A stretch of DNA of 32,000 nt from Oscillospiraceae bacterium (lineage in GTDB: Bacteria > Bacillota > Clostridia > Oscillospirales > Oscillospiraceae), in assembly GCA_017439805.1 (NCBI GenBank), contig JAFSIK010000035.1, positions 43,767 to 75,766 of the forward strand. Reading direction: 5' to 3'. The notes below the pieces were generated by a model. The model searched no databases. It was not told the DNA's origin and saw only the letters and a program-made list of their open reading frames with translations. The position numbers were made by a program, and so were the translations under genes. Shown here piece by piece: positions 17,376-26,539 of the stretch (positions within the stretch are counted from its first letter, which is position 1; each line of letters starts with the position of its first letter).

Positions 17376-20300
17376 TTTGAATCTTACCGCCGAACAGCTG
17401 GCGGTGGTTGAAAACCGGGGCGGCCCTCTGCTGGTGTCCGCCGCCGCGGGCAGCGGCAAGACCTTCGTTCTGGTAAAGCGTCTGCTGGACGCGGTGCAGC
17501 GTGGAGAGGCCTCCGTTGAAGACTATCTTATAATCACCTTTACCAAGGCCGCCGCCGCGGAGCTTCGCTGGCGCATAACGGGCGACCTTGAAAAAAGAAT
17601 AAAGGAATATCCGGCAGACAAAAATCTCCGCCGGCAGCTTCAGCTTGCCCACAGGGCCAATATCTGCACCATCGACAGCTTCTGCTCGGGTCTTTTAAGG
17701 CGGTGGGCATGGGCGCTGGATTTGCGGGCGGATTTCCGCCAGCTGGAGGAGGACGAAAGCGCCGCTCTGCGGGAAAGCGTCCTTGAGGAGCTGCTGAGCC
17801 GCTGCTACGAGAGCCGGGACGAAGATTTTCTCTATCTTGCCGACACCGTTGGCGCCGGCCGTGACGACCGGGGTCTGGCGGCGGCGGTGCTGGGACTTTA
17901 CCGCAGCACGGAAAGTCTGGACGACCCCGAAAAATGGCTGGCGGATATGAAGGCGCAGCTGGATGCGGATTTCGGCGGCGAGCCCCTTGATTCCCTCTGG
18001 GGGCGCTCCTGGGCGAAAAACGCGGGTGAGCTTCTGGCGGGGCGGCTGGAGGAAATGGCGCTGGCGGTGGGGGAAATGGAAAAATTCCCGGAGATAGAGG
18101 AAAAATTCCGCCCCCTGTTTGAAAATGAAATTTCCGCCGGCAGCTATGTTCTGCAGGCGCTGGATACCGGCTGGGACGCGGCGGCGGCGGCTCTGCGCTC
18201 GGTAAAATTCGACCGCATTCCCACGGTGAAGGGCGCGCCGGAAAAGGAGCGCTTCAAAACCGTCCGTGACCGCTATAAAAAGACCTGTCAGACTCTGGCG
18301 GAGCAGTTTTCCTGTTCCGGGGCGGAGATTTGCCGGGACATGGCTCTTTCCGCCCGGGCGTCGAAGGCGCTTTTGACTCTGGTGGAGCAGTTTTCCCAAA
18401 GCCTCTGGCAGCAGAAGCTGCGCCGGGGGCTGATGGACTTTGCCGATATCGAGCGGCAGGCTCTGCGCCTGCTGGAACACCCCCGGTGGGGCGGCGAGAT
18501 AGCGGGGCAGTTCAAAGAGGTAATGGTTGACGAATATCAGGACATAAACAGACTGCAGGAACGGCTTTTCACCGCCCTGTCCGGCGGCGGGCAGAGGCTT
18601 TTCATGGTGGGCGACGTAAAGCAGGCCATCTACGGCTTCCGTCTGGCCACCCCGGATATTTTCCTTGAAAAATACAATTCTTTCGCTCCTTATCAGACCG
18701 CTCAGACGGGGCAGGGGCGGAAAATCGACCTTAATCTGAACTTCCGCAGCAGGGGCGCCGTGCTGGAGTGCGCCAACCACATCTGCGCGGCGGTTATGAG
18801 CGAAAAGCTGGGCGGTCTGGAGTATGACCGGCACCAGATGCTCTTTCAGGGGGCGCCCTTTGAGGGAGCCGACCCTGCGGCGGAGATGATTTTCATGGAC
18901 GCTCCCCGGGGCGGCGACGGCGAGGACGAGGACGCCCGGGGCATCGCCCTGGAGGCAAAGTACGTTGCCGGACGCATCGCGAAAATGGTGTCGGAGGGTG
19001 TTTCTCCCGAAGACATAGCGATTTTGCTGCGCTCGCCGGCGGGAAAGGCGGAAATTTTCAGCGCGGAGCTGGAAGCTCTGGGCATCGGCTGCGACGCCCA
19101 GGGAGGCTCTCTTCTTTTCAGCGCGCCGGAGGTGGACGCCTTTATAAGCATTCTGGAAACTCTGGACAACCCCACCCGTGACGTGCATCTGGCGGCGGCA
19201 ATGATGAGCCCCGCATGGAATTTCTCCCCCGCCCGTCTGGCGGAAATCCGCGCCGGAAACCGGGAAGGCTGTCTTTACGAGGCGGTGCGAGCCGATGAAG
19301 GCGCCGACTGCGCCCTGCTTTGCGCCGACCTTCAGCGGCTTCGCGCCGCAGGGCGTGAGCTTGCCGCGGACGAGCTGGTGTGGCGTATTCTGGACGAAAA
19401 GGGACTTCTTTTCACCTACGGCGCAATGGGCGGACGGCAGAGGGAAAACCTGCTTGCCATCTGCTCCATGGCGGAAAAATGCCGCAGTATGGGAAAGGTG
19501 ACTCTCTACGCCTTTTTAAACCACCTGCGCGCCGCGAAAAAGCGCTCCCGAAGCGCCCAGACCGGCGAAAAGGCCGGTGCGGTGAAGATAATGTCCGTTC
19601 ACAAGTCCAAGGGACTTGAGTTCCCCGTGGTGTTTCTGTGCGGTATGGGAAGCCGCTTCAACCGGCGCGACCTGGACGAAAAGGTGCTCTTCGACACAGA
19701 GCTGGGCGTGGGCATGAAAATAAGCCGGCAGGGCGGCGCGGTGCTGAAAAACTCCCTGCCCCGGCTGGCAATAAGGGAAAAACTCCTGCGCCGTGGGGAC
19801 AGCGAGGAGATAAGAGTGCTCTACGTGGCTCTGACGAGAGCAAAGGAAAAACTCATAATCACCGCCGCGCCGGAAAGCCTGCAAAGCGTAATTTCCAGAG
19901 CCGGCGGCGGCTTCCTGCCCCCCAACTTTGCCATGCTCAGCGGAGCTTCCACCCCGGCGGTGTGGCTGGCGGCGGCGGCGCTGGCAAGGAGCGAGGGCAA
20001 AAAGGCTCTGGCGCCGGAAAGCTTCTCCGGCGATGAGCAGGACGGGTATATCTGGAATGTAAAGGCCCTTTCCCCGGCGGAGATTGGCCGGGAGGATATT
20101 TCTGAGGCAGTTTCCACCCCTGCCGCCCCGAAAAAGCTCCCTTCGGCGGACATTGATGCTCTTCGGGCGGCTCTGGATTGGGTTTATCCCCACCGGGCGG
20201 CCTCCCGCACCGCGTCGAAGATAACCCCCTCGGCTCTGGAGGGCAAGTGGGAGCGCCCGGAGGACGCCGCTCCTCTGCCGGGACAGGAACTGCCTAATGT

Positions 20301-20841
20301 GTGGCAGAAGCCCGCATTTTTGCAGAGCGCCGGTCTGACGGCGGCTCAGCGGGGCACGGCGCTCCACGCGGTGATGCAGTATATTGATTTTGAAAAATGC
20401 ACCCACGCCGGGGCGGTTTCGGAGGAAATCCGGCGGCTGGTGGCTATGGAATTTATCACCGAAGCTCAGGCCGCGGCGGCGGATGTGGAGAAAATACTGG
20501 ACTTTATCCGCTCGCCCATTGGCAAAAAGGCTCTGGCAGGAAACCCGGTGCGGGAATTTAAATTTTCCGTCCTTATGGAGGCGGAGCGCTGGTTTGAGGG
20601 CGTTGAGGGCGAAAAAATACTTCTTCAGGGCATGATTGACCTGTATTACAAAACCGATGGCGGTCTTGGCATACTGGATTTCAAAACCGACCGGGTACTG
20701 CCCGGGGGCGAGCAGGAAGCGGCGGAAAAGTACCGCGGTCAGCTGGAGGCCTACGCCGCCGCTCTGGAGCGGATAACCGGCGAAAAAGTTGTGGAAAAGA
20801 CCCTTTATTTCTTCGCCACCGGCGCCGCGGCGGCGGTTTAG
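17368..20841 (+). CDS. addA: helicase-exonuclease AddAB, subunit AddA
   Basis: UvrD-like helicase motifs (AAAGSGKT, VDEYQDIN, MSVHKSKGLEFPVVF, LYVALTRAKEKL) and a C-terminal PD-(D/E)xK nuclease (GMIDLYY...ILDFKTD). Confidence 0.95.
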   Translation: MADLNLTAEQLAVVENRGGPLLVSAAAGSGKTFVLVKRLLDAVQRGEASVEDYLIITFTKAAAAELRWRITGDLEKRIKEYPADKNLRRQLQLAHRANICTIDSFCSGLLRRWAWALDLRADFRQLEEDESAALRESVLEELLSRCYESRDEDFLYLADTVGAGRDDRGLAAAVLGLYRSTESLDDPEKWLADMKAQLDADFGGEPLDSLWGRSWAKNAGELLAGRLEEMALAVGEMEKFPEIEEKFRPLFENEISAGSYVLQALDTGWDAAAAALRSVKFDRIPTVKGAPEKERFKTVRDRYKKTCQTLAEQFSCSGAEICRDMALSARASKALLTLVEQFSQSLWQQKLRRGLMDFADIERQALRLLEHPRWGGEIAGQFKEVMVDEYQDINRLQERLFTALSGGGQRLFMVGDVKQAIYGFRLATPDIFLEKYNSFAPYQTAQTGQGRKIDLNLNFRSRGAVLECANHICAAVMSEKLGGLEYDRHQMLFQGAPFEGADPAAEMIFMDAPRGGDGEDEDARGIALEAKYVAGRIAKMVSEGVSPEDIAILLRSPAGKAEIFSAELEALGIGCDAQGGSLLFSAPEVDAFISILETLDNPTRDVHLAAAMMSPAWNFSPARLAEIRAGNREGCLYEAVRADEGADCALLCADLQRLRAAGRELAADELVWRILDEKGLLFTYGAMGGRQRENLLAICSMAEKCRSMGKVTLYAFLNHLRAAKKRSRSAQTGEKAGAVKIMSVHKSKGLEFPVVFLCGMGSRFNRRDLDEKVLFDTELGVGMKISRQGGAVLKNSLPRLAIREKLLRRGDSEEIRVLYVALTRAKEKLIITAAPESLQSVISRAGGGFLPPNFAMLSGASTPAVWLAAAALARSEGKKALAPESFSGDEQDGYIWNVKALSPAEIGREDISEAVSTPAAPKKLPSADIDALRAALDWVYPHRAASRTASKITPSALEGKWERPEDAAPLPGQELPNVWQKPAFLQSAGLTAAQRGTALHAVMQYIDFEKCTHAGAVSEEIRRLVAMEFITEAQAAAADVEKILDFIRSPIGKKALAGNPVREFKFSVLMEAERWFEGVEGEKILLQGMIDLYYKTDGGLGILDFKTDRVLPGGEQEAAEKYRGQLEAYAAALERITGEKVVEKTLYFFATGAAAAV

Positions 20842-20851
20842 GAGGTTTTTT

Positions 20852-21538
20852 ATGAGGGACGAATGTCTTATCTGCGGGGCAGAGCTTGTATACCTTGAAA
20901 AACCGGAGGAGATGGTCTGCGCCCTTTGCGGAAAAAATGAAATGAGCCGGGCCCGGTGCGCCCAGGGTCATTTTGTGTGCGATAAATGCCACTGCGCCGG
21001 TCTGGACGGCATTCTGGGGGCCTGTCTGGCTCACAAAAGCGCCGACCCCATTGAAATTCTGGACGCTCTGATGGCTGAAGCGTCCTGCCACATGCACGGG
21101 CCGGAGCACCATGTGCTTATCGGCGTGGCGCTGGCGGCGGCGTACAAAAACGCCGGGGGACAGGTTGACCTGCCCGCCGCTCTTTCGGAAATACACTCCC
21201 GGGGCAGTCAGGTGCCGGGAGGCGTGTGCGGATTCTGGGGCGCCTGCGGAGCCGGCATCGGGGCGGGGATTTTCATGTCCGTCATCACCGGCGCAAATCC
21301 CCTGTCCGAAAAAGAGTGGGGTCTTTCAAATCTGACCACCGCCGGGGCATTGGAGCGCATCGGTAAAATCGGCGGCCCCCGCTGCTGCAAGCGAAACTGC
21401 TACACCGCGGCCCTCTCCGCGGCTGATATGGTAAGGGAGCATCTGGGGGTGGAAATGACCTGCAAAACGCCTGTGTGCTCCCGCTTTTCCGAAAATAATC
21501 AGTGCCTTGGCGCAAAATGCCCCTACTTCCCGAAATAA
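20852..21538 (+). CDS. cysteine-rich protein with N-terminal zinc-ribbon (DUF5714-like; family name tentative)
   Basis: ORF trimmed to the ATG at 20852. AGGAGG overlaps the addA stop. There are about 19 Cys in 228 aa, including CxxC-N14-CxxC at the N-terminus. Confidence 0.7.
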   Translation: MRDECLICGAELVYLEKPEEMVCALCGKNEMSRARCAQGHFVCDKCHCAGLDGILGACLAHKSADPIEILDALMAEASCHMHGPEHHVLIGVALAAAYKNAGGQVDLPAALSEIHSRGSQVPGGVCGFWGACGAGIGAGIFMSVITGANPLSEKEWGLSNLTTAGALERIGKIGGPRCCKRNCYTAALSAADMVREHLGVEMTCKTPVCSRFSENNQCLGAKCPYFPK

Positions 21539-21542
21539 AAGG

Positions 21543-21851
21543 AAAACCACCCCAAAGGGCGGCCTCACACAGGGATTTATACGCTCCAAACCGGATCTTT
21601 TTCCGCAATTCTTCGTTAAAAAGCCACGGCAAGGCTGACGCCTGCCGTGGCTTTTTGTCTTGTCCTGCGAAAAAATCTCTCGCTTTGGAGTGCAGGGCAG
21701 TTTTGAACAGAAGATTTTTTCTTCACAGCGGTCACCGGTGACCGCGGGAATACTTGATATATTTCAAGGGAACCGGGGGGTGCTGTGGAGGAAAAGATTC
21801 ATTCAAAACCGTGTAAATCCCTGTGTGAGGCCGCCCAAAGAGGTGGTTTTT
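21543..21851. repeat. inverted-repeat-bounded ~310 bp non-coding element between convergent genes
   Basis: GGCCTCACACAGGGATTTA (21561-21579) is the perfect reverse complement of 21814-21832. The flanking AAAACCACC/GGTGGTTTT also pair. Weaker complementarity continues inward. Confidence 0.5.
21618..21656. terminator. bidirectional intrinsic terminator
   Basis: AAAAA-GCCACGGCA-N11-TGCCGTGGC-TTTTT. It lies between the Cys-rich gene (+) and the methyltransferase gene (-). Confidence 0.75.
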
Positions 21852-21854
21852 GTA

Positions 21855-22628
21855 TTAAGTCAGGTGGCGCGTCATTTTTTTTGCGGTTACAACAGGCTGA
21901 TAAAACCCCGTTTCCTCGGGAAAAAGCCACTCCACTTTACTGCAGCCCTTGGAGTGCAGCAGGTCTGTAAGCTCTTCCCTCAGCGTGGCCCGGTACTCAC
22001 ATTCGAACCTGCTCAGGTGCAGATTTTCCTCGTCCTCGATGATGTACTGAACCAATTTATAACCTTCGCCCTGCCAGTCCCAGGTCTGAAAGGCCACTCG
22101 CTGTCCCTTTGCGGTTTTGTGGATATAGGGTGGCGAATACGGCGGCTTATGGGCCATCAGAGCGTCATAATCTCTGATGCTGGCAACGAACATACCGCCG
22201 GGGGCGATGCGGTCTGTTATGCTTGAAACAGCGGTTTTCAGCTCCGCCGCCGTCAGCATGTGGGGCAGGGCGTTGTCCATAGCCATAACAACGTCAAACT
22301 GCTCCGAAAAGGTCTCCTCCAGAGCGCGAAAATCCGCCCGGATAAAGGTGATATCCACGCCATTTTCCGCGGCTCTCTTCTTCGCCTCTGTCAGAGCACC
22401 TTCGCTTATGTCCGAGGCGGTCACATCATAGCCGACAGACGCAAGGCCGATGGCCTGTGTGCCGATTCCGCAGGCGCAGTCCAAAATACGGGCAGAGGCA
22501 TCAAAACCGCTCTTTTTAAACAGCCTGTCAAGGATATCTCCCTGCTCCTTTACCGCCGAGGGCCAGTGGTCAAAGAGTCTGTCGTACCGGGGCGCCAGTT
22601 CATTATAAAATTTCTGTACAACGTCCAT
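21855..22628 (-). CDS. class I SAM-dependent methyltransferase
   Basis: SAM-binding motif I ILDCACGIGTQA, followed by an acidic residue after beta-2 (VTASDIS). 257 aa. Confidence 0.85.
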   Translation of the reverse strand: MDVVQKFYNELAPRYDRLFDHWPSAVKEQGDILDRLFKKSGFDASARILDCACGIGTQAIGLASVGYDVTASDISEGALTEAKKRAAENGVDITFIRADFRALEETFSEQFDVVMAMDNALPHMLTAAELKTAVSSITDRIAPGGMFVASIRDYDALMAHKPPYSPPYIHKTAKGQRVAFQTWDWQGEGYKLVQYIIEDEENLHLSRFECEYRATLREELTDLLHSKGCSKVEWLFPEETGFYQPVVTAKKMTRHLT

Positions 22629-22655
22629 TTTTGTGTATCCTTTTTATCCCGACGG

Positions 22656-23093
22656 TCAGATATTTCCGGCGTTTTTGCAGGAAATCACAATATGGGCGGG
22701 GGCGAATATCAGCGCCGACAAAATCAGCAGTATCGACCTGCCCATTATCCCGCTGAAAAGAAATATCGCCGAGGGAAGGGCCGAAAGCGCCAGCGCCCGC
22801 AAAAGGGTTTTCTTTCTGCAGACCGCCCACAAAAGACAGTACAGCGCCACCAGCAGGGCGTCAACTGCAAGATAAGCCGTAAAGGCGCCCTGGGACCACC
22901 AGCCAAACCGGGTGCCGGGAATGTTGATTATCATAAAAATCACACAGCCGTATCTTCCGATTTGTTCCATGACCTCAAGGCCTTTGCCAACCTTTTTGTT
23001 TTCGGCGGCGTCTTTATGTTTCAGGGCATAAATAATGTTCGCAATCATAATCACGGCCATAAAAACAAGGCCGGATACATTGAGCCACTGCAT
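22656..23093 (-). CDS. integral membrane protein, unknown function
   Basis: 145 aa with four hydrophobic segments. The RBS is weak. It is on the same strand as its neighbours. Confidence 0.55.
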   Translation of the reverse strand: MQWLNVSGLVFMAVIMIANIIYALKHKDAAENKKVGKGLEVMEQIGRYGCVIFMIINIPGTRFGWWSQGAFTAYLAVDALLVALYCLLWAVCRKKTLLRALALSALPSAIFLFSGIMGRSILLILSALIFAPAHIVISCKNAGNI

Positions 23094-23142
23094 AGTTTAT
23101 CTTCGCAAAATGCCTTTCGTCGGTTTTGTGGCGCGGGGGCGA

Positions 23143-24237
23143 CTATCTTGCCAGAATGTCGGCTATCTGCCGGCTGGCGGTGCCGTCGCCGTAGGGGTTG
23201 GAGGCACGGGACATCTTTTCGTATTCGGCCTCATCGGTCAGAAGTTTGGTAAATGCCTCGTAGATGGTCTCCTCCTCTGTTCCCACCAGCTTCAGGGTAC
23301 CTGCCGCCACGCCCTCGGGGCGCTCGGTGGTGTCACGCATGACAAGAACGGGCTTGCCAAGGGAGGGCGCCTCCTCCTGTATGCCGCCGGAGTCGGTGAG
23401 GATAAGATGGCTTCGTGCCATGAAGTTGTGGAAATCCAGCACGTCCAGAGGCTCGATGAGCCGTATGCGCTCCTCTCCGGCGAAAACCTCGTCCGCCGCG
23501 GCGCGCACAAGGGGATTCATATGGATGGGATAGATGGCGTAAAGGTCCGGATGCTCCGCCATGACCCGCTTTATTGCGCGGAAGCAGTTTTTCATGGGCT
23601 CGCCCAGATTTTCACGGCGGTGGGCGGTGATAAGTATGACCCTGCGTCCGGCGGCCTTTTCCAGCTCCGGATGGGTGTAATTTTCCCGCACGGTGGTTTT
23701 CAGCGCGTCAATGGCGGTATTGCCGGTGACGTAGACGGTTTTGGGGTCCTTGCCCTCTCTGATAAGGTTTCCGGCGGAGGTTTCGGTGGGAGCGAAGGAA
23801 TATTTTGTGAAAATATCCACCGCCTGACGGTTGAACTCCTCCGGGAAGGGGGAGTGGACGTTGTAGGTGCGAAGTCCCGCCTCAACGTGACCCACCTCCA
23901 CGCCGCTGTAAAATCCCGCAAGGCCGGCGGCGAAGGTGGTGGTGGTGTCGCCGTGGACAAGGAGCACATCGGGGCGTTCTTTTTCAAGTATCTCCTTCAT
24001 GCCGGAGAGCACCTTTTCCGTGATGTGGAAAAGGGTCTGGCCGGGAGCCATAAGGTCAAGGTCGAAGTCCGGCGTTACGCCGAAGGCCTCCAGCACCGCG
24101 TGGAGCATCTGGCGGTGCTGACCGGTGACGCAGACCCGCACGTCGAATTCCTCCGGGCGGCTTTTAAGCTCCAGCACCAGAGGGCACATTTTTATGGCCT
24201 CGGGGCGGGTGCCGAAAACAAGCATTATCTTTTTCAT
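23143..24237 (-). CDS. wecB: UDP-N-acetylglucosamine 2-epimerase (non-hydrolysing)
   Basis: N-terminus MLVFGTRPEAIKMCPL, plus HVEAGLRT and DSGGIQEEAPSLGKPVLVMR motifs. GGAGG upstream. ATGA overlap with the preceding gene. Confidence 0.95.
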   Translation of the reverse strand: MKKIMLVFGTRPEAIKMCPLVLELKSRPEEFDVRVCVTGQHRQMLHAVLEAFGVTPDFDLDLMAPGQTLFHITEKVLSGMKEILEKERPDVLLVHGDTTTTFAAGLAGFYSGVEVGHVEAGLRTYNVHSPFPEEFNRQAVDIFTKYSFAPTETSAGNLIREGKDPKTVYVTGNTAIDALKTTVRENYTHPELEKAAGRRVILITAHRRENLGEPMKNCFRAIKRVMAEHPDLYAIYPIHMNPLVRAAADEVFAGEERIRLIEPLDVLDFHNFMARSHLILTDSGGIQEEAPSLGKPVLVMRDTTERPEGVAAGTLKLVGTEEETIYEAFTKLLTDEAEYEKMSRASNPYGDGTASRQIADILAR

Positions 24238-24905
24238 TTTTCCTCCTGTGAGTTCACCAGTGCGGCAATCTGGGCGAAAAATTTATAAAGCTCCACTTCC
24301 CGGCTCATCTCTCTGAATACCTGCTCTGCCAGGTCGGGGGCGGACACCCGGTCGTTCCACATTTCCTCATGGACGAACCAGATGAATTTCTTTTTAAACC
24401 AGGGCGCGGAAAGCTCCGTGGGAGCCTCCATGGGCGGCTTTTTGTATTCATCGCCGGCAAGGACGAAGTTGCCGTGGTCAATAAGTCCCTGCGCCATGGC
24501 GTCGAAGCCGGCGGGGTTTGCCAGCACGGCGGCTCTGAACGCCCGCATGAAATCCGCCCTGCCGAAGGAGCACACCAGGCCGTAACCCCAGCACTCCGGG
24601 CTTATCTCGAAATAAAAGGTGGGGGTGCCTGTCCAGTCCTTTGCCCCAAGGCGAAGGGACAGCCACAGGTGGTCCTTGTAGGGGCCTTTGCCGTGGAGCC
24701 TGCGGGCGTCCCGGTAGATGCGGGAAACATGAAGCTCCGTTCCAAGGCCGTGCTCCGCCTCCATGAGCCGCCAAAGCTCCCGCCCCAGCTCCTTCATGGG
24801 GTTATAGACCTTTTCAAGATAGGTGGGTTTGTTGGCGGCAAACCAGCTTTTTTCGTTATTTAATCTGATGCCCCAGAGAAATTCCTGGGTTTTCATGTCA
24901 AGCAT
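24234..24905 (-). CDS. DUF2461 (TIGR02453) family protein
   Basis: The N-terminal FLWGIRLNNEKSWF pattern is typical of the family. I prefer the ATG at 24905 (GGAGG 9 nt upstream) over 24923 or 24896. Confidence 0.75.
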   Translation of the reverse strand: MLDMKTQEFLWGIRLNNEKSWFAANKPTYLEKVYNPMKELGRELWRLMEAEHGLGTELHVSRIYRDARRLHGKGPYKDHLWLSLRLGAKDWTGTPTFYFEISPECWGYGLVCSFGRADFMRAFRAAVLANPAGFDAMAQGLIDHGNFVLAGDEYKKPPMEAPTELSAPWFKKKFIWFVHEEMWNDRVSAPDLAEQVFREMSREVELYKFFAQIAALVNSQEEK

Positions 24906-26421
24906 CAAGTATCGCCTCCGCAACTTTTATGCCGTCGATGGCGGCGGACATTATGCCTCCCGCCCAGCCGGCGCCCTCGCCGCAGGGATAGAGGCCGGAA
25001 ATATTGGAAAGAAAGTCCCCGCCCCGGTGCATTTTCACAGGGGAGGAGCTGCGGGTCTCGGGGCCTGTAAGCCAGACGTGGGGGGCGTCAAAGCCGGGTA
25101 TCTTTCTGCCGAAAGCGGCGATGCCCTCCGCCATTGCCCGGGAAATATGCTCCGGAAAAAGGCTGTGCAGGTCACATTCCTTCACCCCGGGGCGGTAGGT
25201 TGGGGACAAGCGTCCCTTTTCCCCGCCGGTTTTAAGGAAATCCCCCAGAGTCTGAGCCGGGGCGAAGTAGTTCCCGCCCCCCAGAGCGAAGGCTTTCCGC
25301 TCCAGCTCACGCTGGAAATACATACCCGCAAGGGGATGGGGGTCAAAATCCTCCGGTGTGACGCTGACAAGTATGGCGCCGTTTATGTTTTCCCCGTCAC
25401 GGGCGAAAAAGCTCATGCCGTTGGTGACCACGCCTCCCTCCTCGGAGGCCGCCGCCACCACCTGACCGCCGGGGCAGACGCAGAAGGAATACACTCCCCG
25501 TCCGGCGGCACGGGTGCTTAATTTATAAGAGGACACGGGCAGGCTGGGGTGGCCCGCGAATCTGCCGTAGTTGGCCGCGTCCATATCCGCCTGCAGGTGC
25601 TCGATGCGGGCGCCCAGGGAGAAGGGTTTTTTCTCCATGGAAAGACCCCTTGCAAGGAGCATTTCAAAGGTGTCGCGGGCGCTGTGACCCATGGCGAAAA
25701 GGGCGGTTTGGCAGGGGATTTCCCCCCTGTCGGTCACAAGGGCCCAAAGGGCGCCGTTTCTGGTTATTATATCCGTGACGCAGGTGTTAAAGCGCACCTC
25801 ACATCCCATTTTTTCCAGCTCAAGGCGCATATTTTTCACGGCGGCGCGAAGTCTGTCCGTGCCGGCGTGGGGATTTGCGGTATAGAGTATCTCCTCCGGG
25901 GCGCCGAATTTGTGCAGAGTCTGAAGCACAAAGGGCAAAAAGGGGCTTTTGATGCCGGTGTTCAGCTTCCCGTCGGAGAAAGTTCCCGCGCCGCCCTCGC
26001 CGAACTGGATATTGGTGGAGCAGTCAAGAATACCGGTGCTTTCAAACCTTTCCACGGCGGCAACTCGGCTGTCCATATCGCCGCCCCGCTCAAGAAGAAT
26101 GGGGGGATTGCCGGAAAGGCACAGGATATAGGCCGCGAAAAGACCCGCCGGGCCGCATCCCACCACCACCGGGCGGCTTTTCAGAGCGCGCTTTGCCGGG
26201 GCGTAGGAGGGCATCTCCCCGCCGCCGTTTATTTCAAGGCAGTAGACCAGCCTTACGGCCTCTTTATCCCTTGCGTCCACCGAGCGCTTTATCACCCGCA
26301 GGCTCTGTATTTCCTTTTTGCCGACCCCCAGCTCCTTTGCCGCCAGAGCGGCCAGGTCGCCCTCCCTGCCGGGACGGACTTTTACCGTTATCTGCCGGGG
26401 AAATTCAACTTTTTTGCCCAT
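24898..26421 (-). CDS. FAD-dependent protein (COG2509-like uncharacterised dehydrogenase)
   Basis: ORF trimmed to the ATG at 26421 (MGKKVEFPRQITVKV...). Rossmann motif VVVGCGPAGLFAA. The C-terminal CGEGAGWAGGIMSAAIDG is typical of this family. The promoter lies immediately upstream. Confidence 0.85.
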   Translation of the reverse strand: MGKKVEFPRQITVKVRPGREGDLAALAAKELGVGKKEIQSLRVIKRSVDARDKEAVRLVYCLEINGGGEMPSYAPAKRALKSRPVVVGCGPAGLFAAYILCLSGNPPILLERGGDMDSRVAAVERFESTGILDCSTNIQFGEGGAGTFSDGKLNTGIKSPFLPFVLQTLHKFGAPEEILYTANPHAGTDRLRAAVKNMRLELEKMGCEVRFNTCVTDIITRNGALWALVTDRGEIPCQTALFAMGHSARDTFEMLLARGLSMEKKPFSLGARIEHLQADMDAANYGRFAGHPSLPVSSYKLSTRAAGRGVYSFCVCPGGQVVAAASEEGGVVTNGMSFFARDGENINGAILVSVTPEDFDPHPLAGMYFQRELERKAFALGGGNYFAPAQTLGDFLKTGGEKGRLSPTYRPGVKECDLHSLFPEHISRAMAEGIAAFGRKIPGFDAPHVWLTGPETRSSSPVKMHRGGDFLSNISGLYPCGEGAGWAGGIMSAAIDGIKVAEAILDA

Positions 26422-26427
26422 GGAAAA

Positions 26428-26456
26428 ATTATACCACACAGCCGTCTCTTTTCCAA
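26428..26456 (-). promoter_or_regulatory. sigma-A type promoter immediately upstream of the FAD-dependent gene
   Basis: On the minus strand: TTGGAA (26456-26451), a 17-nt spacer, and an extended -10 TGgTATAAT (26436-26428). Only 6 nt separate the -10 from the ATG at 26421. Confidence 0.5.
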
Positions 26457-26477
26457 CAAAACATTTTTCGATTTTTA

Positions 26478-26506
26478 TTGACACCATAGTGCGCCAAAGG
26501 TAAAAT
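26478..26506 (+). promoter_or_regulatory. sigma-A type promoter for the DUF554 / permease genes
   Basis: Consensus TTGACA (26478-26483), a 17-nt spacer and TAAAAT (26501-26506). It lies about 20 nt upstream of the RBS. Confidence 0.55.
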
Positions 26507-26539
26507 AATTTACAGAAAACTCCAAATGGAGGCATCTTT

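Noticed and set aside
17695-19188. 497-aa ORF on the minus strand inside addA
   Set aside because: It is a shadow ORF typical of high-GC coding DNA. It is fully antisense to a gene with unmistakable UvrD/AddA motifs, has Arg/Gly/Pro/Ala-rich low-complexity composition and no RBS. The same reasoning applies to 11082..11963 (antisense to mutS2), 16311..16751 and 16818..17249 (antisense to addB) and 19516..20406 (antisense to addA).
23035-24288. 417-aa plus-strand ORF across wecB; similarly 25549..26481, 24823..25521 and 22260..23252
   Set aside because: All are antisense to well-supported minus-strand genes (wecB, the FAD-dependent protein, DUF2461, the methyltransferase and the membrane protein). 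They lack RBSs and recognisable motifs.
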